In this document: one piece after another, positions 48,801 to 60,731 of the stretch
How the letters are laid out: the number at the start of each line of letters is the position of its first letter
Position numbering within the stretch: the stretch's first letter is position 1
Source: Schmidtea nova
Taxonomy: Eukaryota
Direction of reading: 5' to 3'
DNA length: 64,000 bases
Assembly: GCA_044892505.1 (NCBI GenBank)
Contig: CM097882.1
Span: 477,214,001-477,278,000 of the forward strand
The notes under the pieces: model-generated
Seen by the model: the letters and a program-made list of their open reading frames with translations, nothing else
The model's database searches: none
What the model was told of the DNA's origin: nothing
Program-made: the position numbers and the translations under genes

Positions 48801-51800
48801 CTATTTAATTCGATACAAAAAACCGGCACCATGATGAAAATTATGGAAGAACAAAAGAAGGACAAGGGGTTTCAAGGAGCATGGAATTATATCAATGAAT
48901 TTTTGAATGAGGAAGAAGATTTTTTCAAGAAATCTTTCCTATATGCTCACAAAGACAGATTGAAGATCAACGATGACCTAATTACCGTAGAGAGAGAATC
49001 CAATGATTTAGTAGCAGTTCCAGAGAGCCATCAAAAACAACTGGTTAAGAAGATTCATGAAGAATTATGCCATGTGGGGGGAAAACAAGTTTTTCATTAC
49101 ATGGAAAATAGTTTTTTCTGGCCAAAGATGTGTGAAACAGTAAGACGCGTTGTAAAAGAATGTAGTATATGTGCGAGAAGGAAAATAGATCAAGGAAGAA
49201 CGAAAGAACTTTTTATTCCACGCGGAAGTAACGGGTTTCTGGAACAAATCGTAGTTGATGTAGCACACATGGAAAAGACTAGTAACAACAGGCGATATGA
49301 ATGGTGCGAGATACTTCCAAGGGTGGAATTCAGCGTCAATGCGACGTTTCAAAGCGCAACTAAATATTCTCCATTTGAGATTATGTATGGACGGAAAGTG
49401 TCACTTCATGCCAATGGACAAGGATCAGAGATCAAAGGCCAAAGAGTTGACGAGAAAGTGGTTCAGAATGCTAAGTTAGCGGCGGATAGAATGAGAATTT
49501 TAGAAAAAGATCGAAGAGGTAAACGTTCTTTTGAAGTGGGGGAGGAAGTATTGGTTCGACGGGAGCCACACAGAAGGAATAAGAATGACATACAATACGA
49601 TGGACCATATAAGATTGTTAGATTTTTGTCGGAACACCAGGTCGAGCTACAATTTCCGGATGCTAGACGACCGAGACGGGTAGAGTGGCTGAAGAGATGG
49701 CATCAAAGTTGAGGAGGGGAAAGTAATGTAATGATTATTAAAAAACAATGTTGTTTAAATAATCAACAAGAAGGAGTTGTTTTTAAAATAAATATTATTA
49801 TTCTTGATGTCTGATATTAAGATAGTTACTTGTTTAAAATTTGTTTCAAAATTAAATATTAAGCTACCGTATATACTCGTGTATAAATCGAGAAATATTG
49901 TACTAAATTTGAGGACTTTTTAAATTTGACTTATACACGGGTCATTCAAAAATCATATTTAGTTTTTTCCATAAATGAGTTTTTTTAATCGTGTCGCTTT
50001 TTCTCAAATTAATTACTTTCATTAAATTATGGAATTCAAACAACGGATTTGTTAATTATTAAGACATTTAAAATAAATTATTATTTTTAGTCAATATTTT
50101 TAGTCAATATATTTTTGTCAATGTTTGTACAATAAAATTTTTCAATATATTATTTTTGAACTTATTTTTTACTTCGACTTATATAATGGTTTCCAATTTT
50201 GGACTAAAAACTGGCTTTAAATTTTCAATTCGACTTATACTCGAGTCAACTTTTACACGAGTCTTTATGGTACGTAAAATCATTTTTTATTTTAATCTCT
50301 GGTTTTTAATTTAATTTAGATGATAAAATCTCTATAAAATCGTCCATATTTTTCAAGTTTTTTATTTTCCCCTTATTGAAAAAATTTAAACTCAAAATTT
50401 TTTAACAAATTAGTAGGTGAGCGATTTCACTGGCTTCCTTATTAGAATGATTTTTGGTGTTGGTCTCTAATGAGCATAGCCTCTTTAAGTCGGAAATTTT
50501 TTCATCATTTTCACTTGTTAAAATTCTCACTGATATTAATTTTTTTCTTTTCTGGCTGACATTGTTGAAAATTTCGGTATACCGATGATAATCTACCAGG
50601 ATCGAGGTGTTCTTTAATTCTTTTGTGCAAAATTCGAAGGGTACATTTAATATAAATTTCTTTGCAGTTTTTTACTTGATACAATAAACTACATTCCTGT
50701 GAAATAATATTTTCTTAGGTGCCTGACTAATTTACAAGTATTCTATTTTTTGTTTTGTTACTTTGACCTTTCGTTAATGACCACATCAATTTCAATATCA
50801 TCAAAGAACTTTTTCTCACTGGCCTTCTGATTCGTTTCGAAAATCTTTTAGAAAGAATTTATATCTATTATGTTCTATTTTTTTAATTATTAAGTATTGT
50901 TATTTGTAGGTTGTTGATAGATTTTGTGTTAATAAGGGAAATATTGTAGAGCCCGAGAGAGTCTTATAAAAACAGCGTGTAGACATTCGGGGTGTTTGTT
51001 GTGTTTGTTGTGGTGCGTGTAAATACAAATAATTCAAAATAGAAAATTCAAATGACAAACCAACAAAACTAATTATTTTTTTAAAACATTTATTATTCAA
51101 AACTTTATAAACACGTAATTTTGGCTTTAGTTCGTTTTCTTTAATTTGCCTTCTTTAGATTATCTTCCTTAGTAGTTAAGTTTTTTTCTTACTCTATTTT
51201 TTTCTTTGCTTTCTTTAATTAGACTTCTTCAACTGAGTTTCTTTGAGCAAGTTTCTTTAAGTTACTCGCAATAATCTGTATTGTCGTTTGTTAAGGTTTC
51301 TTCTCCGTCTTTATTTCTTTCTTTTGTCTTCTTTAATTTGACTTCTTCAATTTTGTTTCTTTAAGCAAGTTTTCTTTCGTTTTAATAATTAATTTGAGTT
51401 AATTCTTCCGTCTTTAAATTCAAATAATTTTGTCAATCGTTTTTCTTTTTATTTTCAATTTGTTTCTTTAGTTTCCAATTCCAATTTTCTTTAGAGGTTT
51501 TAATTTTTTAATTCCTTAGTAATTTTCTATAGTTTCTATTTGTGTATCGATTTTTTCCAAATTTTTTAAATTTGTTTTTTGTATTTAATTATTATTATTA
51601 TATGTTATCTTTACATCATAAATAAAAAGAGGGGGGGGGGGTCTTCTTGTGTCCACACGGACAGCCAACGTCAATAAAACAACGGCGATATTAATCAGAT
51701 GATGATAATAAAAATATCGTAATGTCGATACAACTTTTAGAGTAAAAAAAAATAAACCCAATGTTGATATAACAATTACCATAACCATAATAAAAATATA

Positions 51801-54800
51801 CATTAACAATATCTATAATATTAACCAGGTTTATACCCAATGAAATAGCAGATAAATTACTGGTAAGAAACAACAGTACACAAGTAAGATTCCAGTTATA
51901 TTATGAGATGATATTAATAAAGATTAGGGATAATCGACAATTTGCATTCAAAATTTTTCAGCAAAGGCTTATCTTGTTATTTATTAATTATTCCACATAA
52001 AAATATTCTATGAAAGAATCAATGTTGGGTTTTTTTTGAATTATTTACTCATGATAATTTCAATTGAATAAGTTTCTATATAATCAGGTTATGGATTAAT
52101 AACCTGCCAGTTGCTCAGGAGGTTAGATGGGGAGGAATAATATCTACACCAGATTCACTTCTTCAAACAGTTATTAAGCGTTCGATATTAGAAAGTGGCT
52201 GTCCACCTGCCCATGTACTTTTATTGATGGATAATGCCCATGAAAGACGGTGGCCTATTGGTTTGCGTAGTTTAGAGAATCGGCAAGCAAACCGATATGC
52301 ATTTGAAAATTTCATTATCCGTCGAGTGCCTAGTAAGTCAAGTTTATTTCAAAAATATAAAAGTATTATAAGTAATATAAACTTTTTTTCTTTTGAAACA
52401 GCTTCAAAATGTGGAAGCCTATTGAAATGATTGAAAGAATTCAAAATTAAATATTAAACATTTTAATTTTTGATATAATGGCCGAAAAATCTAATTTAAT
52501 TATTAAAAAAAAATCTTTTATTAAATACATTTTAAAATTTTCTGTCACGTTTGTTATTTATTTTTATAAAAATGTCGAATTTTAAAAGATAAGGAAGTAG
52601 TACAAAAGAATATCGGTTTAGACAACACTGATCACTTGGATTCTGAATAATGAATTTTATTCACTTGGCTATTTTACAGAAACAACAAAATCTAAAGAGT
52701 CAAACGCACCAAATGTCGAGAATTGTTGAAATAGTGTGAAAAAACTGCTTATTACTATGTCACAGTAACTTCGGCTTTTCTCTCTTTCACTTTACCAGGT
52801 TGAGTCAAAATTTATTCATGTTTTAATTTACACAAATTGTTATAACACTGACCATATTATTCTTCGAAATACAGCAAAATATTTTCAAGCCATCTTTCTG
52901 CCAATTGTTCAATTCCATGGCGATACCAGTCGAGTGTCTAGGAGACGAAAAATTCGTCGATTACAGTTTTTACCTCTTCCTCTGAACCAAAACGTCTCCT
53001 TTGTAAAAAGTCTGAAAGAAAATAAAACAAATGATAATCGGAAGGACAAGATTTGGACTATACGCTGAGTGGAAGATAACTTCTATGCCTTGTAGTTCTT
53101 GAATTTTCTGCTTTACTCTTCGTGTCGTAGGAGCTGGGGCATTGTCATGCTGTAGGATTGCTTTGCCGCTATACAAAAGACCTGGGTAGCGATTGCTCTA
53201 AGCATCATGAATTCACTATAGTTGTTCAGCGTAAAGTTTAATATCGATAGCTCGACCTTCCGGAACAAGTTCCCAGTGCACAGGTCTCTTATAATCCCAG
53301 CAACACACAAAATAACCTTTTTGAAGCGACCCGGAGAAACAATTTGCTGAGTTGGCTGGTCACACTGAAGCCACTGCTACATCCACTAGAATTACGAAAG
53401 AAAACCTACTTTTCATCTCCTGTAATAATCCGCTTCCAAAATCGACTGTCTCTTGAGTTATCGAGTGGTTCGCGGAAAAGATCAACTCGACGCTGGGCTT
53501 GAATATTTGTCAATTCGTTGGGAACTCGGAGTGGATTTTTATTTACAAAGTCCATGTTATGTAGATGACTAAAAATGGTGCTTTGAAAATGGCCGAGCTC
53601 CTCTGACAGCATGCGATGCTAGTAATGGACTGCTGATCCACCAGGGCATGAAACTACTCTTTGTTCACCACTGATGGTGGACCTGAGTGATCCTGATCTT
53701 CAAGACTGATACTTCCCTGATTACAACGACGAAACCACACTGAGTTGTATTTTCCTTGATCCTATCCTTGCCTTCCACTTGAAGATTTCTCGCGTCGCAG
53801 CTGCTGCTGTTAGGCCTTTTTTCTAATATTGTCATTATAAGACACGAATTGCTGCCTTTTTTCAATCATTCCAAAATGTAAAAATAACTGAATTGTATTT
53901 TAAAAATGCAACTTTTAAGGTGGTTAGATTCATATTTTCAGGGGCTGTAAAATGATACCAAATGTTGCATATAAATGTTATGCTTTAATGATCTGGTAAA
54001 ACAATAACTTTAAATACCTAAAGAACATGAATAACTTTTGACTCAACCTGGCACTTATTATCTTTATTAAATAAAACTTTTACAAAAAGGGATCAATATG
54101 GAAAATATTAAATAAAAATAAATTCCTTTGCACATAAAAACTTAATTTTATAATTAATCTCAATGTCGCGCATTTTGTACTTGGTGGGCTTTCTAATATT
54201 GATAATTTGCTTATACTAGAATTCTGAAATTTAATAAATTATTTCAATATTTGTAAATAAAATGAGCATAGTTTTTAATACATCTACAAATATGTTTGAT
54301 GATTTTATATATTCACTATATTTTATATAAAATTTAAAAATACACAGATAAAAAAAATTAAGTCCAAATATAAAAAAGTTTAAATAAAATATAAAATTAA
54401 TTAAAAATTAATATTTTCCGGGAGTCAAAGGAATGGTCAGGTTGCAAATAAAAATTTAAAGATGAACATAATAATTAAAAATTTATTGGGGATTTCCGGG
54501 TAAAGGTATGACAAAAAACTAATTAACTAACTAATTAATTATTTAAAAAGTTGTGGGCGATCCGGAATTTAGCAGGCGCAGTGGTGGTCTATCAGATTGA
54601 AACTCAAGTAAATTATTAGATGTTGAGAACTACTGTCAAGAGACGATCAATTCATCAGGATCATTAATAAATAGTTTTTCAAAACCTTGGATTTAGTCAT
54701 TAATTGGGTGCTTTACCAAACACTATAAAAGCAAAGACAACAATACGAAACCATAGAGAAATCAAGATTTATAGACAGGAGAGAAATGATGGAAGCCTCA

Positions 54801-57800
54801 GGCGACAACTAATTGTTTTGCAGTTTAACCGTTCCAAGTCTTGTCTGAGTAGTTCATCATTGGTAAACTTACTCAAGTCTTTTCAAAGTCTAGATAGTTG
54901 TAAATTCTGTGAATTTGTTATAAAAAGAAAATAAACTTTACTATTTGTTGAGATATGTATTGTTTGATCAAAGCGACTCGTGGAGTCAATAAAACATTCT
55001 AGCTAAACATTTATTCATAAAATTCAACAATAAAATTATTAATCTTGAATAAGACTAAAGATATTGAAATTATAATTAAATAAAATTATTTAATTATAAT
55101 TTACTAAAACTGGATTTTTAAAATAATTATAATAGACCAACGGTGGGCAAATGCGGCTCTTCGTTGAGTAAACTGCGGCTCATTGATAATTGAATTTGAA
55201 AATTGAATTCGATTTTTTTTCCCACTGATTTTTTTGGTTTGGAATTTTTCACTGAATTTCAAAAAAAAATTTTTTTGTTGCAATTGTTTCAACAGAGTTT
55301 CTTTATTTTTCAAGCAAATATGTTTAATGTACCTTTCAACCTTAAAATAATAAATGGGGGAACATTGTTTTTTCTTCAAAACCCTTCTATTTTATAGCTA
55401 TTATCAATATTAATTATTTCACTTTTATACTATGCGGCTCTTCAAAATTTTAAAACTATGTATGCGGCCCTTTTACTAAAAAGTTTGCCCACTCCTGTAA
55501 TAGACAAATTTTTACTAAATATTTTATTTTGAAGATATTATACAAGACTAATATGATTGTTTTAACTAAATATAATATGATAAGTAGATTATTATAATAT
55601 GTGGTCAAAAAATATCAAAAATTTAGTATTTAAGTGAAAAAATCAAGGGAAAAGTTTTAGGCAAATTGGCGAATTACTGTCTATATCAAGAGACATCTGA
55701 AGATCTTTGCAATCATAGCATTTTTTACAATCATTAAAAACATGGACCAAAGTTTAGACTACATCAAATCGAAAAACTGATTAATAAACAACTAATTAAG
55801 AGTTGCTTTCAAAATCAGGATAAGATAATCTCAAGTTAAATTGTACAAAAATATAAATTAAATGTATCAAAGTGGACCATTACTTGGTAAGTGGAAAGTC
55901 AAATTAAAAAATAAATCAAATTTATCAGCGAATTAAAGAAAATCTAAATTTACAGAATGTAATATTTAGTGATGAAAAACGATTTAATTAGGTTTGGTCT
56001 GCTCATTGGAATTCGTATAAGCAAAGGGGCTGTAAAATTTATCGAAAAAACGCATTGTCGGTTGCAGTTATACTTTAGTAGGGATGATAATACTTCCAAT
56101 CCGCTTTCTATCATATATACATTTATTGATAGCAATTTAAATGCATTGAAATATGAGAGAATACTGTACAATACTATGATATCCACAGCAAAATTATATA
56201 CGGGTTACAACTTTTGGTTTTCAGCAAGATGATTCGAGATGTTACAGCTAAACGAGTATAAGAAATGCTTGCAGATATACAAGTAAAGGTTCTTGACTGA
56301 CCTGCGCTATTTCCAGATCTCAATATTATAGAAAATGTTTGAAAATAAAATCGGATAATGTGTGTTATGGTATGCAGTTTCATAAGATATTACTTGGAAA
56401 ATGACCGTGATTGTGGAATTTATTAGTTGGAAAATAAATAAATTGTGCAGGCTTTATACCTTGATTAGATCAAGATTATTGCAGGTAATCGTAAATAAAG
56501 GAGAAATTTTTAAAAAGTAACTTTCATTCTGTTCGTAATATCATTGATGTAGCACAAATTATGCACCATTGAAAATCCGCTCTAGTAAATGTTTAACTAT
56601 TTCTTGTTGGTTTAATATTAATATAATATTTGTAATTAAATAAAATTATTTTTTTTCACGTGTGGTACAATTTATATTCTTTTCACAATTTAGCTGGACA
56701 CCTGAAGTAAAAAGGTAGTTAAAAGTATAAGAATTAAAATTTGAAATAAAAATAAAAGTTACGGATTTAAATTTAATTTTTGCGATATTTTAGATTGTTA
56801 TAATGAGCACAATAAGTTCGCGTTTGGCTTAATATTGGAAAGAGCAACTCGAACTTTTCTATCGATATCTTTTAATCACGATCGTTTATCGTTTTTGATT
56901 AGTATTAAAGATGAAATGCGCTGATTAAAATTTGAGCAGACTTTTAGCAGCCGCGTTATAAATTTGCTTTTATCCTTCTTTGATCGATAACCAAATAACG
57001 TCAAGTTGAATTTCAATCTCAGAGTTCAGTTATTTCGTGGTTCCAAAACTTTTTCTCAAATGTGTAGAGACAATTCTTCTGTTTAAAGATAAGTTTCAGG
57101 CTAATGGTGTGTGGTCTTTTCTGGGGCGAAATCAATTTCGCAACGTAGTCACTAGTATCTAATGCTTTTTTTGAAACTCTGACAGATGACTTTATAAACT
57201 ACTTCTTATTCTGATTTAAAATTCTCTCAAAGTATTGTTTATCTTTTTTGGCATGACTGGAATGCTTTAATTTTAAGTTGTGAATAAGTTTAATTGGAAC
57301 CATTGAATGATTTGCAACTTGTTCTCCACAAATTACACATTGATTTTAAAGCCTCTTTCATCACACTAAGAAAATCCATACCGAATATAATCTTTATTGT
57401 ATTGACTTTTAAGAATTTTTTGATTCTTTACAACACCACTGGTTCTGCGTACGTTTTAAGTTCATTATCATTCGCTGTTGAGATTGGTCTCTTCAAGAAT
57501 TCACATGGATGTATTCTCTAAAAATAACAGTAACTGAATAAATAAAAAACTTTAACTTTAACTTTACTAAATAAACTCACTAAACCAGTGGTTCCCAAAC
57601 TTTTACCAGTCGAGACACACTATTAAAAACAAGAATAAAGTAAAAACTTCATTTATATATTTATTAAAACCACAAATATAAACATAATTAAGAGGATGCA
57701 TGAGATTGTTTTCTATTTTGGACAATGAAATCTTCGACATATACTTTTCTATATCGGCAAATTAATTAAAATAAAATTGATATGCACAAAATTAATAAGA

Positions 57801-60731
57801 ATAACTTAATATTTAAATTTTTGGCGAACCACCTTAAGTCGGTTCGCAACCCACACTTTGGGGAACCACTACAATAAACTACTATTAACTAAATAAATAT
57901 TCACTGTGAATTTCAAAGCGTTATAATAATGAATTATCAATTAACCTTTTGCACTCCGTTGGCGTCTAAATGTCGCCAATATGTATAAATGTATTGTTTA
58001 CTCTAAATAGTCATATGATTATAAATAGTCACCGATTGTTGTTATTTTTGTTTAAATAAATTTATTTACTAATAAATCTAGGGTTTTGAATGCACAATTG
58101 CATGATACTTTTTTTTACTTTTTAATTAATTTTGACTACCATTTTTGCTTGAAATTGCAAAACTGTATGCTGGAGGTACAGGTATGCCATACAAAAAAAT
58201 CAAGAGTTGAAAGGGTTAATATAGGAAATCAATATAAATGAGCAGTAAACCAAGTATGGATTGGAGCAACACATCCGACACTCACGGAATTTTCCATCAT
58301 GCCAGCTAACACAACGCCCAGCAAAATAACACAAACAAAACAAGTGTTTTGTGAGCTAAGCTTAAAATATTATTGCTCTTATTAAAAGCGAAAATATACT
58401 TTAAAAAAGTATTGTTTATTTTAAAATTTTTATTGATGTTTCACTGCACGACACTTAGTGTCGTCCTTGCACACTGGTAGCGGAGCACCGGTCTATTGCA
58501 TTTCATAATCATTTGTTATATTCATATTCACAGTTTTCATTTGAATTTTTAGAAAAACCAATACACTTGACGTTAATATTTAAACTCCTTCACTTAACTA
58601 AATATTTTGACAACAATTTACAAATTAATTATTTTAACAAAATTTCTCTTTTAATTTACTCTTAAAAAACAAAAAATCTTTCTACAATAAATCCATTTGC
58701 TTATAATAAACCAGATTTTTCAAACCCGAAATGTTGATAACAGTTGCAATAAAATTTCTGATTTGCAAACCAAAATAATCAACAACAATAAAGTAATTTG
58801 TTAATGGGTAATTTTTATTTTTTTAAAGACATTGAAGCTGAGAACAACAGTTTAATTGTCTGAGAACTGGTATCAACAAATATTCTTTGTATTCTGGGAG
58901 GGAATGTAATTGACTCGTAGCTTTGGTTACCTTTATTTTTATCGATCAAAGAAGCTACTGGAAAATCATATTGTTTTACAAAAGCCTTTTGACTGAAATA
59001 TTGTTCAAATATGATGTCAATCCACTCAATAATTGATAATCTGAAACCTCCAATACCAATTCTAATCCCATTATTCCCATCAGATTAAAATTTTATTCGT
59101 AAAAGAGCCCGATTGTGACTAATAAAGTTTATTCCAATATTAACCCTCGAATACGGTAGTTTGAGTGTTTGACACCAGGAGTGTTATATAAATGAAATAT
59201 ATTTCATCTCATCCACTAGATGCATTTTTAGGTATTTAAGTGTATATTGAAAGTAATTCTAGACTGATACATTTTTTTCTGATAAAAAAATACATTTTTG
59301 AAGCTTTCGATTGTTGGACATCTACCGACCGTACTGATATGAGGAACTAAGTCTTTCCATTAAACTCTTCCGAGAATTGAGACTCCATAATTACGTCATC
59401 ACATGTTATTAGTGTAGTAGAGATAGTAGATACTTCGAATAATTGATGTGGATGCCTCATATATTTGTTCATAGTTTAATAAAATGTCTAAAAATAATTT
59501 TGTTTTTAAAACAAGTACAGGAATACCTCGCATAGTACGGTTTCGATCAGTACGGTTTCTCTATAGTACGGTTTCGATCAGTACGGTTTCTCTATAGTAC
59601 GGTTTTGAAATTTTCAAAATATGATTGTTTTTAAAATTATTAAATAAAATTTTCGAAATTTAAAAAAGCTTTTTTAAATTAATTTTTTAGAATTTATTCG
59701 TTATTATAAAATCAATAGATCAATAATAGATCAAAGTTGTTGGTTTTATATTTTTAATCGTAGAGTATGTTGACTTTTATATATTTAGATTTTAATTTAA
59801 AAAATAAAATGAGTGGCAGAACAAAGTGTAAAAGTGACTCCACGACCAAAAAACGCAAATGGCTCACTTTAGAACAGAAGCTTAGCGTTATTAAACTTCA
59901 TGAGGAAAGGGCTTCGTTTGCTAAAGTAGGAAAAAAAAGGGGAATGAACGAGGCGTCAGTTCAGAAAATTGTGAAAAATAAAGATCAATACAAGTCGCAA
60001 GGTATAGCTACGGCGTCATATTTGTCAAAAGTGGTAACCAGAATTAAAAGCCCTCGAATGGTTAACATGGAGCAACTATTATCTATATGGATAGAAGACC
60101 TTAGCCAAAAACGTATTTTTGTTTACTAGATTATAATCACGATTTTTAAATTTCTTAATAGGGGTACTAAACCGTAAATTTATTAGCACCAGAATGCCTC
60201 GAATAGTCCGGTTTCAAATAGTACGGCTAAATTCCAGAACCGATTAACCGTACTGTTCGAGGTATTCCTGTATTAAATTTAGATATTCGTAAAATTTAAT
60301 TCAACAATTTTCATTTAATTTTTTGCAAGACTAGATCAAAAATATTTCGACACAGCCTTTATCAAGTGTGTATTTCCTGGAAAATAAGCAGTAGAAAATA
60401 TGCCACACTTAAGCAGCGCCTACATCCAGTCCGACATCAATCGACCTAAATCATGTTTTCAATAGATGGTTAAAACGAAACATAACAGTGGTTAAGAATA
60501 AAGTTATTTAATAAATTAATGTCTGATCTCCGGTTCAATAGTGCAAATAATAATAAATATTCATTCTATAATTAATCCGAGTTACTGCAATCTTTTAATT
60601 TGAAAGTAATTGATTATTGATGTTTAGACAAACAAGCAATCATAATTCTCGCAGCAGAAAATAGTCACATGTCCCCGGACATGATTGTGCAACCAGGAAT
60701 TGTGATGATATTTGCTCATGGGATCACCTAA
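36889..60731 (+). CDS. RNF41: E3 ubiquitin ligase NRDP1/RNF41, 312 aa; exons 36889-36978, 37032-37328, 37571-37702, 42402-42472, 52088-52332, 60628-60731
   Basis: Six GT-AG exons join in frame (939 nt). MGIPLDNFAGEVDEELFCSIC RING, TRAF-type Zn region, coiled coil, then RWGGIISTPD..ESGCP..NAHERRWP and AENSHMSPDMIVQPGIVMIFAHG, matching RNF41. Confidence 0.93.
38240..39158 (-). mobile_element. hAT transposon remnant (C-terminal dimerisation domain plus one end)
   Basis: IRPASVESERVFS motif (38249-38437); TAGGGATG-type TIR at 39151-39158 with ACCGGT subterminal repeats. Confidence 0.8.
39596..40494 (-). mobile_element. Internally deleted mariner (Stowaway-like TIRs)
   Basis: TA|CTCCTTCTGTTCCAAATAAG ... 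CTTATTTCAGGACAAAGGGAA|TA; decayed HTH-like peptide on the minus strand. Confidence 0.55.
40682..40919. mobile_element. hAT-type MITE
   Basis: CAGTGG...CCACTG ends with perfect 8-bp TSD TGTATGAC. Confidence 0.85.
40934..41827. repeat. Local duplication: 40934-41254 = 41508-41827; the spacer 41271-41492 recurs at 46069-46290
   Basis: Direct sequence comparison. Confidence 0.9.
42546..42752. mobile_element. Tc1/pogo-type MITE with ~65-bp TIRs
   Basis: TA|CCGTAGATACTTGAGT...CTCGAGTATCTACGG|TA. Confidence 0.85.
44617..44749. other. Assembly gap (N run)
   Basis: 133 N bases. Confidence 0.99.
45420..46068 (-). pseudogene. Mariner transposase pseudogene fragment
   Basis: Minus-strand RIVTCDEK, LLHHNAEQH (HDNA), HPHIYLLPTDY (YSPDLAPSDY) with stops and frameshifts. 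Confidence 0.8.
48831..49712 (+). pseudogene. Ty3/gypsy integrase remnant with in-frame deletion of most of the catalytic core, followed by PPT (49711-49723) and probable LTR start TG at 49727
   Basis: H2C2 IHEELCHVGG...CSIC; QIVVD joined almost directly to WCEILPRVEFSVN; YSPFEIMYGR; DGPYKIV; GAGGAGGGGAAAG. Confidence 0.85.
49867..50270. mobile_element. Tc1/pogo-type MITE
   Basis: TA|CCGTATATACTCGTGTATAA ... TTTACACGAGTCTTTATGG|TA. Confidence 0.75.
50865..51200. repeat. Dispersed repeat (copy of 34639-34945)
   Basis: Near-identical sequence; the paired track ORFs 34620-34853 and 50900-51100 show this. Confidence 0.85.
52795..54051 (-). mobile_element. Near full-length mariner element (1257 bp) with disrupted transposase
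   Basis: TIRs CCAGGTTGAGTCAAAA/TTTTGACTCAACCTGG; minus-strand WKRIITGDEK, LQHDNAPA, HSAYSPNL in broken frames. Confidence 0.92.
55138..55497. mobile_element. hAT (Charlie-like) MITE
   Basis: CAACGGTGGGCAAA...TTTGCCCACTCCTG ends; perfect 8-bp TSD TAATAGAC. Confidence 0.85.
55740..56480 (+). pseudogene. Tc1 transposase pseudogene
   Basis: QNVIFSDEKRFN, FQQDD (FQQDN), D*PALFPDLNIIENV (WPxxSPDLNPIENxW) with stops. Confidence 0.85.
57586..57871. mobile_element. hAT-type MITE
   Basis: CAGTGGTTCCCAAA / TTTGGGGAACCACTA ends; TSD CACTAAAC/CAATAAAC (7/8). Confidence 0.8.
57945..58215. mobile_element. piggyBac-type MITE
   Basis: TTAA|CCTTTTGCACTC ... GAGTTGAAAGGG|TTAA. Confidence 0.75.
59518..60270 (+). 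mobile_element. Internally deleted Tigger/pogo element retaining the CENP-B-type HTH N-terminus (ORF 59767-60129)
   Basis: TA|CAGGAATACCTCG...CGAGGTATTCCTG|TA; KRKWLTLEQKLSVIK...MEQLLSIWIED; tandem subterminal AGTACGGTTTC repeats. Confidence 0.9.

Noticed and set aside
48831-49712. This integrase as the missing pol of the giant element
   Set aside because: It is 25 kb outside the LTR pair, catalytically deleted, and followed directly by its own PPT and an unrelated TGTAAT LTR start.
30648-60731. Assigning the host species (e.g. planarian, nematode, mite)
   Set aside because: AT-richness, short introns and giant LTR elements are suggestive but not diagnostic without a database search.
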